DNA of 63,641 nt, filler included, from Octopus bimaculoides (taxonomy: Eukaryota): NCBI RefSeq assembly GCF_001194135.2. It is 6 parts of 5 records of this genome, joined end to end, with 100 filler letters (N's around TTAATTAATTAA, not from the genome) between each part and the next. Parts side by side here need not be neighbours in the genome. Positions count along the whole stretch, not along the records: positions 57,390 to 63,641 come from NC_068987.1; 5 more parts are not named here. One strand, given 5' to 3'. Within the stretch, counting starts at the first letter, position 1, and each line of letters starts with the position of its first letter. The position numbers and the translations under genes are program-made. The notes under the pieces were generated by a model that saw only the letters and a list, made by a program, of their open reading frames with translations, was not told where the DNA came from and did no database searches. This document shows positions 63,285 through 63,641 of this stretch, in pieces.

Positions 63285-63575
63285 AATGTCACTACACCGC
63301 CTGACAACCAATGTTTGTTTGTTTGTTTGTTTACGTTCCTGTAACTTAACGGTTCGGCAAAAAAAAAACATAGGATGAGTACCAAACTTTAAAAGCAAAA
63401 TATGGGTTCGATTTGTTCGACTAAAACTCTTCGAGGCAGTGCCCCAAAGCAGGGCCAAAGTGCAGTGACCGAAACAAACGAAAGATAAAAAATAAGATAC
63501 CAGTCAAGTACTGAGGTTGATGTTAATCGATTTGCCCCCCCCCACTCCCCTTGCCCCTTCAAAGTTGCCGGTCAC
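63285..63575 (+). mobile_element. Family B tail (63285-63495) plus family A tail fragment (63497-63575)
   Basis: cctgacaacc..gttcggcaaaa..ttcgactaaaa..ccgaaacaa, then taccagtcaagtactgaggttgatgttaatcga. Confidence 0.75.
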
Positions 63576-63641
63576 GAACCCTGCAACATGCCAACATCTC
63601 GTTCAAGGGAAATGTTGTGATTTCGGTCCCTCATACGCTAT

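Overview
AT-rich, repeat-saturated eukaryotic DNA from a draft scaffold with roughly 4 kb of N gaps. It is almost certainly Octopus: this is inferred from the tRNA-derived SINE families and dense microsatellites, and no search was run. No host protein-coding gene can be called with confidence. Most ORFs in the supplied track are artefacts of microsatellites, N runs or the TTAATTAATTAA gap spacer. The recognisable coding sequence is all decayed transposable element: CR1-type RT (3.1-4.5 kb, 27 kb), RTE-type LINEs (16.8-18.3 kb, 23.8-24.4 kb), an Hsmar1/cecropia-like mariner (21.7-23.1 kb), Tx1/L1-type LINE pieces (38.8-39.8 kb, 43.1-43.3 kb) and R4/Dong-type pieces at (TAA)n tracts (41.3 kb, 51.2-51.9 kb). 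There are at least five SINE-like families and two MITEs with 8-bp TSDs. The most interesting observations are: (1) a SINE variant whose 3' terminus matches the 3' end of the Tx1-like LINE in the same window (20/21 nt), suggesting modular tails and a Tx1 partner; (2) several long fold-back structures (a 60-bp-stem hairpin and tail-to-tail SINE pairs) that would be dsRNA/ADAR or small-RNA substrates if transcribed; (3) a MITE with CACTA-type ends but an 8-bp TSD; (4) a pair of frame-compatible candidate minus-strand exons at 26.0-26.4 kb beside a promoter-like stretch. I did not find convincing evidence of a wholly new biological system. Many element boundaries are approximate (+/-10-20 bp).
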